DNA of 64,000 nt from Rhabdothermincola salaria (lineage in GTDB: Bacteria > Actinomycetota > Acidimicrobiia > Acidimicrobiales > Acidimicrobilacustridaceae). The translations under genes and the position numbers were made by a program. The notes beneath the pieces were generated by a model. That model was not told the DNA's origin, searched no databases, and saw only the letters and a list, made by a program, of their open reading frames with translations. Every line of letters starts with the position of its first letter. The stretch's first letter is position 1. This document shows positions 53,980 to 63,772 of the stretch, one piece after another. Location: contig NZ_JAJQXW010000001.1 in the NCBI RefSeq assembly GCF_021246445.1, positions 744,001-808,000 of the forward strand, in the 5' to 3' direction.

Positions 53980-55986
53980 TTGGGGGCACAGAGCAGGACG
54001 TGGGGGCCGATGCTGGTCGCCGTCGGCGTCTCCCTCGTCGGGCTCGCCTTGGCGGCGAGCCTCGTCTACGACGACTTCCACCCCACCGTCGACCACGTGG
54101 TCTACGAGGCACAGGCTCGCGCCCTGCTCGACGGGTCGCTCACCCTCCCGAGCGACGATCCCGGAGGCCCGTTGGTGTTCACCGCCACGCGAGGCGATGG
54201 CCTGGTGCCCAAATACCTCCCCGGGACGGCGGTGCTGGGGGCGGCGAGCCACGCGGTGGTGGGGACGTTCGGACTGGCCTCCGTCGCCGCGATCGTGCTG
54301 CTCGTCGTGGCTGTGGGAGGGGTCGCTCGTCGGGTGGGCCTCGGACCTTGGGGGGCGGCGCTCGCCGGGGCCGCCGCCGGCCTGTCGCCGATGGTGCTCG
54401 CCCTCGACACCCGCCTGCTGAGCTACGTGCCGGGGGTGGCCCTCGGGGCCACGTCGCTGTGGGTGGTGTTGGCCGCCGTCGACCAGGAGCGCCTCCGGCT
54501 GTTGGTGGTCGCGGGTGCGGTGCTGGGGGCGACGTTGTTCTTCCGCCAGCTCGAGGCCGTGGCCTGGGGCCTCGTCATCGTGGGCTGGCTGGCGGTGACC
54601 TCCCGCTCGCGGCGGTGGCACGGCGGGGGCCCTCGGTCGACGGACGAGCCTTTCGGGCAGGCCCACCCCGGTGCCGGCCACATCGACGACGCCGCCCTCC
54701 CGACGGCCCCCGGGCGCCAGCGCCGCGAGCCATGGGACGCAGCGCTGGCGTTCGCGGCCGGGGCGGCGCCGGCCATCGTGGCGGTCGTGGTCACGACCTG
54801 GGTGCTCACCGGTTCGCCGCTGCGGCCCCCGTTCGTCTTCGTGTCGCCCGACGACGGCCCCGGGTTCGGCCTGCGCCGTGCCCTCGACACCGATCCGTTC
54901 ATGGGCTTCGACCTCCTGGGTGGGCTTTGGGCGGCGGTGGTCGGCGCCGGCCTGCTGCTCCCGTGGACGGCAGTGGGGTCGGCCCTGGCGGTGGGTGCGG
55001 CGGTGGCGGTGTGGCGGTTCGGAAGCAACCCCGCAGTCGTGCTGCTGGTGGCTCTCGGAGCAGTCGTCCCGCTCGCGTATGCGGTGCAGTGGTCGCACAA
55101 GAACGCGCTGCGGGGTGGCCACTACGACGCCGTGGGCCCCTTCTACCTGCTCTGGGTGGTGCCTCCGCTGGCCGTCCTGGGTCTGCTCGGCCTGCGCGCC
55201 GTGCGCCCTCGCCTGCTGGTGGGGGCGCTCGTGGTCGGCGCGCTGGCGGTCCAGGCGACGGTGTTGTGGGCACCGGTCAGCCGCCAGCTCCAGCTGGCGG
55301 ACGCGTGGGCGGCGTTCGATGCGGAGCTCTCCGCGACGGAGAAGCCGGCGCTGGTCCTGCTCGAGTCGCGCCACCGGGGCAAGCCGTTCGACGACGTGGC
55401 GAGCGATTCCGGCTCGGTCGTCGCCGTCCCCGCGGAGGACCCCGGCCCGATCTTCGACGCCGTCGAGCGGTGGCCGGGGCGCCACACCTTCGTCGCGTTG
55501 ACCGAGCTCGAATCCGTCGAGGGCCGCGACGTCTCGGTACCGCAGCTGCACGAGGTGGCCGTCTCTGCCTGGGCGACCGCACACGAGGGACGCGTGGCCG
55601 TGGGCTGCGCCGGCGCGCCCCGCGGGGCTGCCGCCGAGGTGGTGCTCCGCCCGACGGGCGACATCGCCAACCCACCGACGGGCGCCACGACGGTGCCCTG
55701 CGGCTCGGTCGTGGCACTGTCGGTGCGGGCCGACGAGGTGGTGCTGGTCGTCGAGGGGGAGCCCCGTGGTCGGGTGGAGCTCGCCGAAGGCGCCACGAGC
55801 GTGAGCCTCTGCGCCGGGGACCCCACGAGCCCGGCGCGGCGGGCCGCGTGCCGGCGCGTGGCCGTGCAGCGCGAGGGCGACCGGACCCGATGGGTGCTTC
55901 CCGGTCGCCTCGACGCCGATGCCGGCATCCGGGGAGTGCGCGATCTGGTGGGAGCGATCGAAGCGACCACGACGTCCCGCCGCTGA
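53980..55986 (+). CDS. Multi-pass membrane protein, possibly GT-C fold glycosyltransferase
   Basis: About 10 hydrophobic segments; D..VY..QA and PKY.PG in the first loop; soluble C-terminal region. Start 53980 or 54010. Confidence 0.55.
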   Translation: MGAQSRTWGPMLVAVGVSLVGLALAASLVYDDFHPTVDHVVYEAQARALLDGSLTLPSDDPGGPLVFTATRGDGLVPKYLPGTAVLGAASHAVVGTFGLASVAAIVLLVVAVGGVARRVGLGPWGAALAGAAAGLSPMVLALDTRLLSYVPGVALGATSLWVVLAAVDQERLRLLVVAGAVLGATLFFRQLEAVAWGLVIVGWLAVTSRSRRWHGGGPRSTDEPFGQAHPGAGHIDDAALPTAPGRQRREPWDAALAFAAGAAPAIVAVVVTTWVLTGSPLRPPFVFVSPDDGPGFGLRRALDTDPFMGFDLLGGLWAAVVGAGLLLPWTAVGSALAVGAAVAVWRFGSNPAVVLLVALGAVVPLAYAVQWSHKNALRGGHYDAVGPFYLLWVVPPLAVLGLLGLRAVRPRLLVGALVVGALAVQATVLWAPVSRQLQLADAWAAFDAELSATEKPALVLLESRHRGKPFDDVASDSGSVVAVPAEDPGPIFDAVERWPGRHTFVALTELESVEGRDVSVPQLHEVAVSAWATAHEGRVAVGCAGAPRGAAAEVVLRPTGDIANPPTGATTVPCGSVVALSVRADEVVLVVEGEPRGRVELAEGATSVSLCAGDPTSPARRAACRRVAVQREGDRTRWVLPGRLDADAGIRGVRDLVGAIEATTTSRR

Positions 55987-56027
55987 CGCGCCACGGTGGC
56001 GGCGGAGAGGAAATTCGCAGATTTCCG

Positions 56028-56054
56028 TCATCCGCGACGAAGGGCGGTTCCGAA
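56028..56054 (+). promoter_or_regulatory. SigK-like ECF sigma promoter
   Basis: TCATCC-N16-CCGAA upstream of an MPT83/MPT70-like gene. Confidence 0.6.
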
Positions 56055-56073
56055 GAAATCACGTGGGTCGGGA

Positions 56074-56085
56074 ATTAGCGCTAAT
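56074..56085. promoter_or_regulatory. Perfect 12-bp palindrome, LacI-type operator candidate
   Basis: ATTAGCGCTAAT, AT-rich with central CG, in a very GC-rich background. Confidence 0.5.
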
Positions 56086-56134
56086 CACGGCCGGTTCACA
56101 CCCACCACACACCGATAACTGGAGGAACCCCCCG

Positions 56135-56713
56135 ATGAAGCTCAAGACCCCTGTCCTCGCCGCCGCCGTCTCGCTGGCGCTGTTCGCCGGCGCGTGCAGC
56201 AGCGATTCCGACGACGACGCCGCCACCACCACCACGGCCGCCGAATCCTCGGAGACCACCATGGCCGAGACCGAGGAGATGGAAGCCAGCGAGACGATCG
56301 TCGAGATCGCCGCCGGCAACGACGACTTCTCCACCCTCGTAGCCGCGCTCGAGGCCGCTGATCTGGTCGACACCCTCTCGGGTGACGGCCCCTTCACCGT
56401 GTTCGCCCCCACCAACGAGGCGTTCGAGGCGCTGCCCGAGGGCACCGTCGAGACTCTCCTCGAGCCCGAGAACATCGAGCAGCTCCAGGCCGTGCTGACC
56501 TACCACGTGGTCGCCGGTGAGGTCATGGCCGCCGACGTCGAGCCCGGTGAGGTCACCACGGTCGAGGGTGGCACCTTCACCATCTCGGTCGAGGACGGCA
56601 ACGTCTTCATCACCGACGCCGAGGGTGGCCAGGCCCAGGTCGTCACGACCGACATCGTGGGCTCCAACGGCGTGATCCACGTGATCGACGCCGTGCTGCT
56701 GCCCGGCTCCTGA
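56135..56713 (+). CDS. Fasciclin (FAS1) domain lipoprotein, MPT83-like
   Basis: Lipobox AGAC, Thr-rich linker, [35 protein letters not shown]. Confidence 0.93.
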   Translation: MKLKTPVLAAAVSLALFAGACSSDSDDDAATTTTAAESSETTMAETEEMEASETIVEIAAGNDDFSTLVAALEAADLVDTLSGDGPFTVFAPTNEAFEALPEGTVETLLEPENIEQLQAVLTYHVVAGEVMAADVEPGEVTTVEGGTFTISVEDGNVFITDAEGGQAQVVTTDIVGSNGVIHVIDAVLLPGS

Positions 56714-56774
56714 GCCAGGACCGTGGGACAACGGCGCCAGCTTCCCCGCTCAGGCTGAGCGACGGACCCACGAC

Positions 56775-56806
56775 GACAGGGCCGGACCCCAGGGTCCGGC
56801 CCTGTC
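56775..56806 (+). terminator. Inverted repeat after the fasciclin gene
   Basis: GACAGGGCCGGACCC-CA-GGGTCCGGCCCTGTC (15-bp arms). Confidence 0.7.
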
Positions 56807-56894
56807 CCGCGCCCGGCCCCGTCCGGCAGCCCGGACCCACCCCGTACAGTGAGGCCGCCCCGCACGAAGGGGCGTCGATCGGGAGGGGCGACAC

Positions 56895-58376
56895 GTGGCG
56901 ACGAGGAACGGTGAGCCAGAGGCGCGGGCCATGCTCGAGGGGTTGGCCGGTCGGGGGCTGTTGATCGACGGCGACTGGGCCGGTCCCGGACGCGGGGGGA
57001 CCTACGCCCACCACGATCCCGCCACCGGTCGCCACCAGGCCGATGTGGGCCTGGCCAGCGCCCGGGAGGTGGACGATGCGGTCCGTGCCGCCCGCGCCGC
57101 GTTTCCCTCCTGGCGGCGCACGCCTCCGCACCGACGCGCCGCCGTACTGGCCCGTCTGGCCGACCTGCTCGACGAGCACGCCGCGTCGTCGGCGGCACTC
57201 AACGCCCTCGACAACGGCACCCCCGTGAGCGCCATGCCGTCGGGCCACTACGCCGCCAGCTGGACGCGCTACTACGCGGGGTGGGTCGACAAGCTCGACG
57301 GTGAGGTGCTCCCGGTCCACGACACCGGAGCGCTGGACTACACCCGCACCGAGCCCTACGGCGTCGTGGCCGCCATCGTGCCCTGGAACGGCCCGATGAT
57401 GGGGATGGGCCAGAAGGTGGCGCCCGCCCTGGCCGCCGGCAACACGGTGGTGGTCAAGCCACCCGAACTGGCCCCCTTCGGCGCGCTGCGCTTCGCCGAG
57501 CTGGCCCTGGAGGCCGGTCTGCCCGCCGGCGTGCTCAACGTCGTACCGGGCGGAGCGGCGACGGGCCAGGCGCTGGTCGGACACCCCGGCGTGGCCAAGA
57601 TCAGCTTCACCGGCGGCACCGCGACCGCTCGCGAGGTCATGGCGATCGCGGCTCGCCACTGCACCCCGTTGGCCCTCGAACTCGGGGGCAAGTCGGCCAA
57701 CATCGTCTTCGCGGATGCCGACCTCGACACGGCCGTGCCCGTCGCTGCCGTGCTCGGCGCCGGGTTGCTGAGTGGGCAGGGGTGTGCCCTGCCCACCCGG
57801 CTCTACGTCGACGAGCGCGTGGTCGACGAGGTGGTGGCGCGAGTGGTGGCTCAGGTCGAGTCGCTCCCGATCGGCGATCCACTCGACCCCTCCACCCTCG
57901 TCGGACCCCTGGTCAACCAGGCCGCGTGCACCCGGGTGCTCGGAGTGATCGAGCGAGCCCACGCCGATGGGGCCCGCCTCGCCACCGGCGGGCGACGACT
58001 CGCCGACACCCTCGAGGAGGGCTACTACGTGGCCCCGACCGTGTTCTGCGACGTCGACCAGCACAGCGACCTGGCAACCCAGGAGGTGTTCGGGCCGGTG
58101 CTCGCCGTCCTGCCCTTCGCCGACGAGGACGAGGTGGTCTCCCGGGCCAACGACAGCGCGTTCGGGCTGGCGGCCTACCTTCACACCCGGGACCTGTCGC
58201 GAGCCCTGCGGCTGGTGGAAGCGCTCGAGGTGGGCACCGTCACGGTGAACGGCTTCCCCCCGATGTCGCCGTCGGCCCCGTTCGGCGGCATGAAGGCCAG
58301 CGGCTTCGGTCGCGAAGGGGGGCGAGCTGGCATCGAGGAGTTCGTGCAGCGCAAGAACGTCACCCTGCGCTACTGA
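56895..58376 (+). CDS. Aldehyde dehydrogenase
   Basis: PWNGP, SFTGG, LELGGKS, GQGC, EVFGP, PFGGMKASG; start 56895 or 56931. Confidence 0.94.
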   Translation: MATRNGEPEARAMLEGLAGRGLLIDGDWAGPGRGGTYAHHDPATGRHQADVGLASAREVDDAVRAARAAFPSWRRTPPHRRAAVLARLADLLDEHAASSAALNALDNGTPVSAMPSGHYAASWTRYYAGWVDKLDGEVLPVHDTGALDYTRTEPYGVVAAIVPWNGPMMGMGQKVAPALAAGNTVVVKPPELAPFGALRFAELALEAGLPAGVLNVVPGGAATGQALVGHPGVAKISFTGGTATAREVMAIAARHCTPLALELGGKSANIVFADADLDTAVPVAAVLGAGLLSGQGCALPTRLYVDERVVDEVVARVVAQVESLPIGDPLDPSTLVGPLVNQAACTRVLGVIERAHADGARLATGGRRLADTLEEGYYVAPTVFCDVDQHSDLATQEVFGPVLAVLPFADEDEVVSRANDSAFGLAAYLHTRDLSRALRLVEALEVGTVTVNGFPPMSPSAPFGGMKASGFGREGGRAGIEEFVQRKNVTLRY

Positions 58377-58538
58377 GCGGCCGTCCGCCGATTCGATGAC
58401 GCTCGGCCTCGGGATCGACCGCGAAACGGCGCGACAGCCCTACGGTGACGTATGACCGCAGCCGTTCGGGATGACCTCACCGGTGCGGCTGGTTGTACCT
58501 CTCACGACGCAAGATCCGACCAGGAAGGCGACACCCAC

Positions 58539-58790
58539 ATGCTCGACACGGTCTCCACCACGGTCAACACCGGCCTCGACTCCCTCGTGGCCCTCGTGGC
58601 CGACGCCGAGGCGGCCGGCGACATGCTGTTGTCGTCGAACCGGCTGGTCGACGCCCTGCTCGACGCCCGGGCCGAGACCACGGGTCCGGCCACGGACGCC
58701 GTCGACGACGCCCTGCGGGCGTCCGCGCACCGCCAGGTCGTCCCGGTCGACGAAGCGGTCGAGTTCGTGGCTGCCGTCCGGGCCGCCTGA
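58539..58790 (+). CDS. Small helical hypothetical protein
   Basis: AGGAAGG SD, high GC3; alternative in-frame ATG at 58452 just after TACGGT. Confidence 0.65.
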   Translation: MLDTVSTTVNTGLDSLVALVADAEAAGDMLLSSNRLVDALLDARAETTGPATDAVDDALRASAHRQVVPVDEAVEFVAAVRAA

Positions 58791-58812
58791 CCGACCCGCA
58801 ACAGACCGGTGG

Positions 58813-59190
58813 TCAGCGCCGGTAGGTGACCACGTAGTCGACGATGGCGTCGATCTCGTCGTCGTCGAGAGTCGTCTCGTAGGCGGGCATGCCCGACTCG
58901 AAGCGACCCACGCGCACGGCGTCCTCCACCAGCACGGGATCGGGATCGAGCGCGACGAGATCCGCCCCGGTGCCTCCCGGTCGGTGGCAGGTGCCGCAGT
59001 GCTCGGCGAAGAGCGCGGCGCCGGTCACCGCGCTGTGAGCCTCGCCCATCGCCGGTCCCCGGCCGGGCTCGGCCGAGGACCCGCACCCGGTGGCGACGAG
59101 GGCGACCAGAGCCAGGGCGACCGCGACGGGCTCCCGTCGGCGTCGCAACCGCAGGCCCCGCCAGGCTCGGGTCGGATCAGGCGCCGGCAT
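58813..59190 (-). CDS. Monoheme c-type cytochrome lipoprotein
   Basis: Lipobox ATGC, CGTCH heme motif, distal GMPAY, EIDAIVDY; start overlaps the upstream gene by 14 nt. Confidence 0.85.
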   Translation of the reverse strand: MPAPDPTRAWRGLRLRRRREPVAVALALVALVATGCGSSAEPGRGPAMGEAHSAVTGAALFAEHCGTCHRPGGTGADLVALDPDPVLVEDAVRVGRFESGMPAYETTLDDDEIDAIVDYVVTYRR

Positions 59191-60277
59191 CGCCCTCGCC
59201 GGGCCGGTCGTCGACCGTCAGGCCCACGTAGTCCGGACGGCCGGCGTCGTCCCAGATCTGCCACAGCTCGAAGAAGTCCTGACCGAAGGGATCGAGGCCC
59301 CGAGCGGGCATCGACCCCCGGCTGATCGTCCAGTCCAGCGGCGCCAGCTCGACGGCGCGTGCGTAGTGCCCCTCGGCCTCCGCGTCGAAGCTGTGGCGGG
59401 CCAACCACGACGCGAGGCGCCGTTCGACCCGAGCGGCCTGCTCCTCAGGTGTGGGTGGGCGCGCCGTCCCCGAAGGTGCCTCGTGGCCGCCCATGGCCGG
59501 CAGCACTCCGTCGTGCACCCAGCGACGCAGCGCGTCGTGGTGCTCCTCGGCATCGATGCGGGTGAAGTCCTTGAACTCGTTGGTGCCCGGTGTGATCGTC
59601 GGCGGCTTCACCACCCGACCGTCCTCGTCGAGCCACACCGTGGCCGGCACGTTGGTGATGCCGTAGGTCTCGGCCACGGCGTGGTCGGCATCGAGGACGA
59701 CGGTCATGGTGGTCACCGGCGGCTCGGCGTCCTGCACCCATGGGCGGATCGCCTCAGGGGAGTCGTCGAGAGCAACGGCGACGATGTCGAGGCCGAAGGG
59801 GGAGAGCTCGTCGTGGAGGGTCTGCCAGACCGGCAGCTCGTAGCGGCACCCTCACCACGAGGACCAGGCCAACAGGACCCGCTTGCGGCGTTCCAGCGCC
59901 GGGACCTCCACGAGCGTCCCCGACAGGTCGGGGAGGCGGAGCTGGGGCGCTCGTCCACCGGCGAGGGCGGCCGCCCGCTCGTGGGCAGCATCACCGATGG
60001 AGACCACCGTGGGTCCACCGGACGGGCGAGCCACCGCGAACGGGCGCTGCAGGGCCGCGGACACCGCCGCGAGGTCGAGGCGACCATCGGCGTGCCGCGC
60101 CCCTGGATCGCGGACCGGGACACACAGGTCCCCCCGGCACAGGCCCTCGGGCTTGGGCTCCCACCCGGTGAGGCGATGGATCGCGTCGGCCTCGAGCCAC
60201 ACGCGGTCGCCGTCGTCGTGGGCGTCGACCTCGGTGTCGCCCTCCGCGGTCAGCACGGTCACGGCGCGTCGGGACAT
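59177..60277 (-). CDS. Thioredoxin-fold (ResA/TlpA/redoxin-like) selenoprotein, W-S-S-W-U-G-C, Sec at TGA 59852-59854, 366 aa
   Basis: Track ORFs 59852-60403 and 59177-59737 are in one frame. Readthrough: APQLRLPDLSG...VLLAWSSW-U-GCRYELPVWQTLHDELSPFGLDIVAVALD...YGITNVPATVWLDEDGRVV. Confidence 0.88.
59816..59853 (-). promoter_or_regulatory. Candidate bacterial SECIS element
   Basis: U-GAGGGU-gccgcuacgag-CUGCC-GGUCU-GGCAG-ACCCUC: 6-bp lower stem, 5-bp upper stem, G-starting loop 21 nt after the UGA. Confidence 0.72.
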
Positions 60278-60389
60278 GGCCGGAGCGTAGCGGGGCAGCT
60301 CTCCCGCCGGCCGGGTCGAGCGTCGTCCGGCGGTCCTCGCCGCGCAGGGGGTCCGCGAGCCGGGACGGCCGGCAGGTACCGTCCGGGCC

Positions 60390-60809
60390 ATGACCGATGA
60401 CACGCTCCTGCGCCGCGTGGCCGACGACCTCGAGATCCGCTCCGTCGTGGCCCGCCTGGCCCAGTACGCCGACGGAGGTGATCTCGACGACTACGTCGAG
60501 CTGTTCACCGAGGACGCCTTCTGGAACATGCCGGGGGCCCCTCGCCGGGGTCGCGACGACATCCGGGCCGGGGGAGAGGCCCGCCGGGCCTCGGGCGAAG
60601 CCGGTCCGGGCAGCAACAGCCGCCACATGATCACCACCATCACCGTCGACGTCGATGGCTCCGATGCAGCCGTGGCCGACTCCTACTGGCTCTTCTACGT
60701 CGACACCGCCGAGAGCCCCACCCTCAAGGTGTGCGGGTCCTACCGCGACACCTTCCGGCGCACGCCCTCGGGCTGGAAGCTGGCCCGGCGCGACGTGAGC
60801 TTCGGATGA
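60390..60809 (+). CDS. SnoaL-like / NTF2 family protein
   Basis: EIR..ARLA..AD.GD...LFTEDA, RH.ITT, GSYRD.FRRT..GWK. Confidence 0.87.
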   Translation: MTDDTLLRRVADDLEIRSVVARLAQYADGGDLDDYVELFTEDAFWNMPGAPRRGRDDIRAGGEARRASGEAGPGSNSRHMITTITVDVDGSDAAVADSYWLFYVDTAESPTLKVCGSYRDTFRRTPSGWKLARRDVSFG

Positions 60810-61924
60810 CGCCGCCACGCGAGCGGGTGCTGGTCATCGGCGGCACCGGCCCCACGGGCATCCCCATCGTCGCCGGTCTCGTCGAACGGGGCCACACCGT
60901 CACCATCTTGCACCGCGGCACCCACGAGCGGGCCGAGACGCCCGACTCCGTCGAGCACATCCATGCCGACCCCTACGACGCCGACTCGCTGACCGCCGCC
61001 CTGCAGGGCCGGACCTTCGATGTCGGCCTGGCCATGTACGGCCGGCTGCGACGGGTGGCCGAGGTGACCCGCGGTCGGGTGGGACGGTTCCTCTCGGTGG
61101 GGGGTGTCCCCGCCTTGCGGGGCTGGATGAACCCCTTCCTGGCCGACCCGGCGGGAACCCCGGTGCCGCTCTCCGACACCGCACCCACGGTGGCCCACCC
61201 CGACGAGGACGAGAAGGGCTTCCGGGTGGCCCGCACCGAGGAGCACGTCTTCGAGCAGCACCCCGACGCCGCCCACTTCCGCTACCCGTACGCCTACGGC
61301 CCGTACCAGGTCGTGCCCCGGGAGTGGATGGTCGTGCGGCGCATCCTCGACGGCCGCCGCCGCATCATCGTGGCCGACGGTGGGCTCACGCTCCACCACC
61401 ACGGCTACACCGAGAACCTGGCCCACGCCGTGCTGCTGGGCGTCGACCACCCCGAGGCCGCATCCGGGCAGATCTTCAACTGCGGTGACGACGAGGTCCT
61501 GTCGGTGGCCCAGGTCATCGAGCTGTGCGCCGCCGCCCTCGACCACGAGCTCGAGGTGGTGTCGCTGCCCTTCGAACTGGCCGTGCCCGCCCGACCGCTG
61601 GTGATGCAGCCCCTGCCCACCCACCGGGTTCTCGACACGTCGACCTTGCGGGATCGGCTCGGCTACCACGACGTCGTGCCGGCCCGCGAGGCCGTCGGAC
61701 GCACTGCGCGTTGGCTGGCCGCCAACCGACCGGAGCCCGGCGGGATGGAGGAGGTGATCCTCACCGACCCGTTCGACTACGACGCCGAGGACCGCCTGCT
61801 CGCGGCGTGGGACTCGGCCCTCGCCGGGTTCCCGGAGGTGACGTTCGAACGGGCTCCCGGGTGGGGCCACGCCTACAGCGGTCCCGGGGGACGCCCCCGG
61901 TCGAGGCCGACGTTCGAGGCCTGA
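60806..61924 (+). CDS. NAD-dependent epimerase/dehydratase family protein
   Basis: VLVIGGTGPTG, RYPYAYGP, IFNCGD; ATGA overlap with the upstream gene. Confidence 0.85.
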   Translation: MTPPRERVLVIGGTGPTGIPIVAGLVERGHTVTILHRGTHERAETPDSVEHIHADPYDADSLTAALQGRTFDVGLAMYGRLRRVAEVTRGRVGRFLSVGGVPALRGWMNPFLADPAGTPVPLSDTAPTVAHPDEDEKGFRVARTEEHVFEQHPDAAHFRYPYAYGPYQVVPREWMVVRRILDGRRRIIVADGGLTLHHHGYTENLAHAVLLGVDHPEAASGQIFNCGDDEVLSVAQVIELCAAALDHELEVVSLPFELAVPARPLVMQPLPTHRVLDTSTLRDRLGYHDVVPAREAVGRTARWLAANRPEPGGMEEVILTDPFDYDAEDRLLAAWDSALAGFPEVTFERAPGWGHAYSGPGGRPRSRPTFEA

Positions 61925-61957
61925 CAGCCCGACACGGAGACCGACACCGACAAAGGT

Positions 61958-61989
61958 TGCTTGACGGAAGCATTGCGTCTGCCTAGTCT
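61958..61989 (+). promoter_or_regulatory. Sigma70-type promoter with inverted repeat over the -35
   Basis: TTGACG (61961)-N17-TAGTCT (61984); TGCTT-N5-AAGCA at 61958-61972. Confidence 0.6.
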
Positions 61990-62036
61990 GGATCGACGGC
62001 ACCGGACCGCCGGCGTCGCGACGAGGGGGAGAGCGC

Positions 62037-62990
62037 ATGGAGTTCCCGACGCCACCACCGGCGCCGAGCGCCGAGCAGGTCGAGGCCTACTACGAGGCCA
62101 CCAGCAACTGGGGGCGGTGGGGCGACGACGACCAGCGGGGGGCGCTCAACTCCCTGACCGACGAGCACCGGGCGGCCGGCGCCGCCCTCGTGCGGCGGGG
62201 CCGCAGCGTGAGCCTGGCCCACGACCTGCCCGTCACCCCGTCGCCCGAGACCCCCTCGCCGGCCCACCACCACATGCTGGCCAGCGGCGACGCCCGCGAC
62301 TCCAACGGCATCCCGGGCTACGAGGCGTCGCGCGACTACGTCGGCACCGACGTGCACGGCATGGGCGTCACCCACGTCGACGCCCTCTGCCACATGTTCA
62401 TCCGAGGCCAGATGTACAACGGCCGACCCGCCGAGCAGGTCAAGAGCACCGGCTCGGAGGCCAACACCATCATGGCCCTGGCCGAAGGTCTGAGCGGCCG
62501 GGGCGTGTTCCTCGACGTCCCCCGGGCGTTCGGCCTGCCGCACCTCCCGGGCAACACCGCCCTCGGCGTGGCCCACCTCGAGGCCGCCGAGGCGGCCCTC
62601 GGCGTGGCCGTCGGCGAGGGCGACATCCTCGTCGTCGGCACCGGTCGCGACGCCCGCAAGGCCGAGACGGGCCGCCTCGACCCGTTCCGCGACGGGCTGG
62701 CCGGGCTGCACGCCGAGTGCCTCCCGTGGCTGCACGACCGGGGCATCGCCGTGCTCGGCAGCGACGGCATCTCCGACCCCACACCCGGGCTGGGCATCCC
62801 CGACTGGCCCTTCCCCATCCACCAGGTGGGCATCGTGGGCATGGGCCTGCACCTCATCGACAACCTGGCCCTCGGGCCCCTCGGCGACGTCTGTGCCGAG
62901 GAGGGCCGTTGGGAGTTCTTCTTCACCCTGGCCCCGCTGCGGGTCGTCGGGGGCACGGGCTGCCCCGTCAACCCCGTCGCGGTGCTGTGA
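62037..62990 (+). CDS. Cyclase family (kynurenine formamidase-like) metal hydrolase
   Basis: NWGRWGDDDQRGALN, HGMGVTHVDALCH, GGTGCPVNPVA. Confidence 0.9.
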   Translation: MEFPTPPPAPSAEQVEAYYEATSNWGRWGDDDQRGALNSLTDEHRAAGAALVRRGRSVSLAHDLPVTPSPETPSPAHHHMLASGDARDSNGIPGYEASRDYVGTDVHGMGVTHVDALCHMFIRGQMYNGRPAEQVKSTGSEANTIMALAEGLSGRGVFLDVPRAFGLPHLPGNTALGVAHLEAAEAALGVAVGEGDILVVGTGRDARKAETGRLDPFRDGLAGLHAECLPWLHDRGIAVLGSDGISDPTPGLGIPDWPFPIHQVGIVGMGLHLIDNLALGPLGDVCAEEGRWEFFFTLAPLRVVGGTGCPVNPVAVL

Positions 62991-63772
62991 TGACCGACCG
63001 CACCCGCCTCGACGGCAAGGTGGCGCTCATCTCCGGCGGGGCGCGGGGGCAGGGCGCGGCCGAAGCCCGCCTGTTCCTCGAACGTGGTGCCCGGGTGGTC
63101 GTCGCCGACGTGCTCGCCGACGAGGGCCGGGCCCTGGCCGACGAGTTGGGGGCCGACTGTGCCTTCGTCGAGCTCGACGTCACCGACGCCGAGCAGTGGG
63201 CCGCGGCCGTGGCCCGCACCGTCGAGCACCACGGGCACCTCGACACCCTGGTCAACAACGCCGGCATCGTGCGAGCTGGTTGGATCGACTCGGTGAGCGA
63301 GGACGACTACATGGAGGTCGTGCGGGTCAACCAGCTCGGCACCTTCCTGGGCATGCAGGCCGCCGTGGGAGCGCTGCGCCAGGCCGGGGGCGGGGCCATC
63401 GTCAACGTGTCCTCCATCGCCGGGCTCCAGGGCGTGGCCGGAGCCGTGCCCTACGTGGCCTCCAAGTGGGCCATCCGGGGCATGACCAAGGCGGCGGCCA
63501 TCGAGTTCGGACCTGACCGCATCCGGGTCAACGTGGTGCACCCGGGGGTCATCGACACGCTCATGGTCAACAACCCCCAGTTCGGCTCGGTGGACCCCGA
63601 GGCCGCCTGCCGCGGCTTCCCCATCAGCCGCATGGGCCGCCCCGAGGAGGTGGCCGAGCTGGTCGCCTTCCTCGTGTCCGACGCCGCGTCGTACTCCACG
63701 GGAGCCGAGTTCCTGGTCGAGGGCGGCGCCCTCGCCGGACGACCGGCCGAGATCTCACGGAGCGAGCCGTGA
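62990..63772 (+). CDS. SDR oxidoreductase, 3alpha(20beta)-hydroxysteroid dehydrogenase-like
   Basis: ISGGARGQG, LVNNAG, YVASKWAIRGMTK. Confidence 0.9.
   Translation: MTDRTRLDGKVALISGGARGQGAAEARLFLERGARVVVADVLADEGRALADELGADCAFVELDVTDAEQWAAAVARTVEHHGHLDTLVNNAGIVRAGWIDSVSEDDYMEVVRVNQLGTFLGMQAAVGALRQAGGGAIVNVSSIAGLQGVAGAVPYVASKWAIRGMTKAAAIEFGPDRIRVNVVHPGVIDTLMVNNPQFGSVDPEAACRGFPISRMGRPEEVAELVAFLVSDAASYSTGAEFLVEGGALAGRPAEISRSEP

Noticed and set aside
58380..58538. Possible riboswitch (CCG-CGAAA-CGG hairpin) upstream of the small gene
   Set aside because: Could not match the conserved core of c-di-GMP, c-di-AMP or other known riboswitches by eye; needs Infernal
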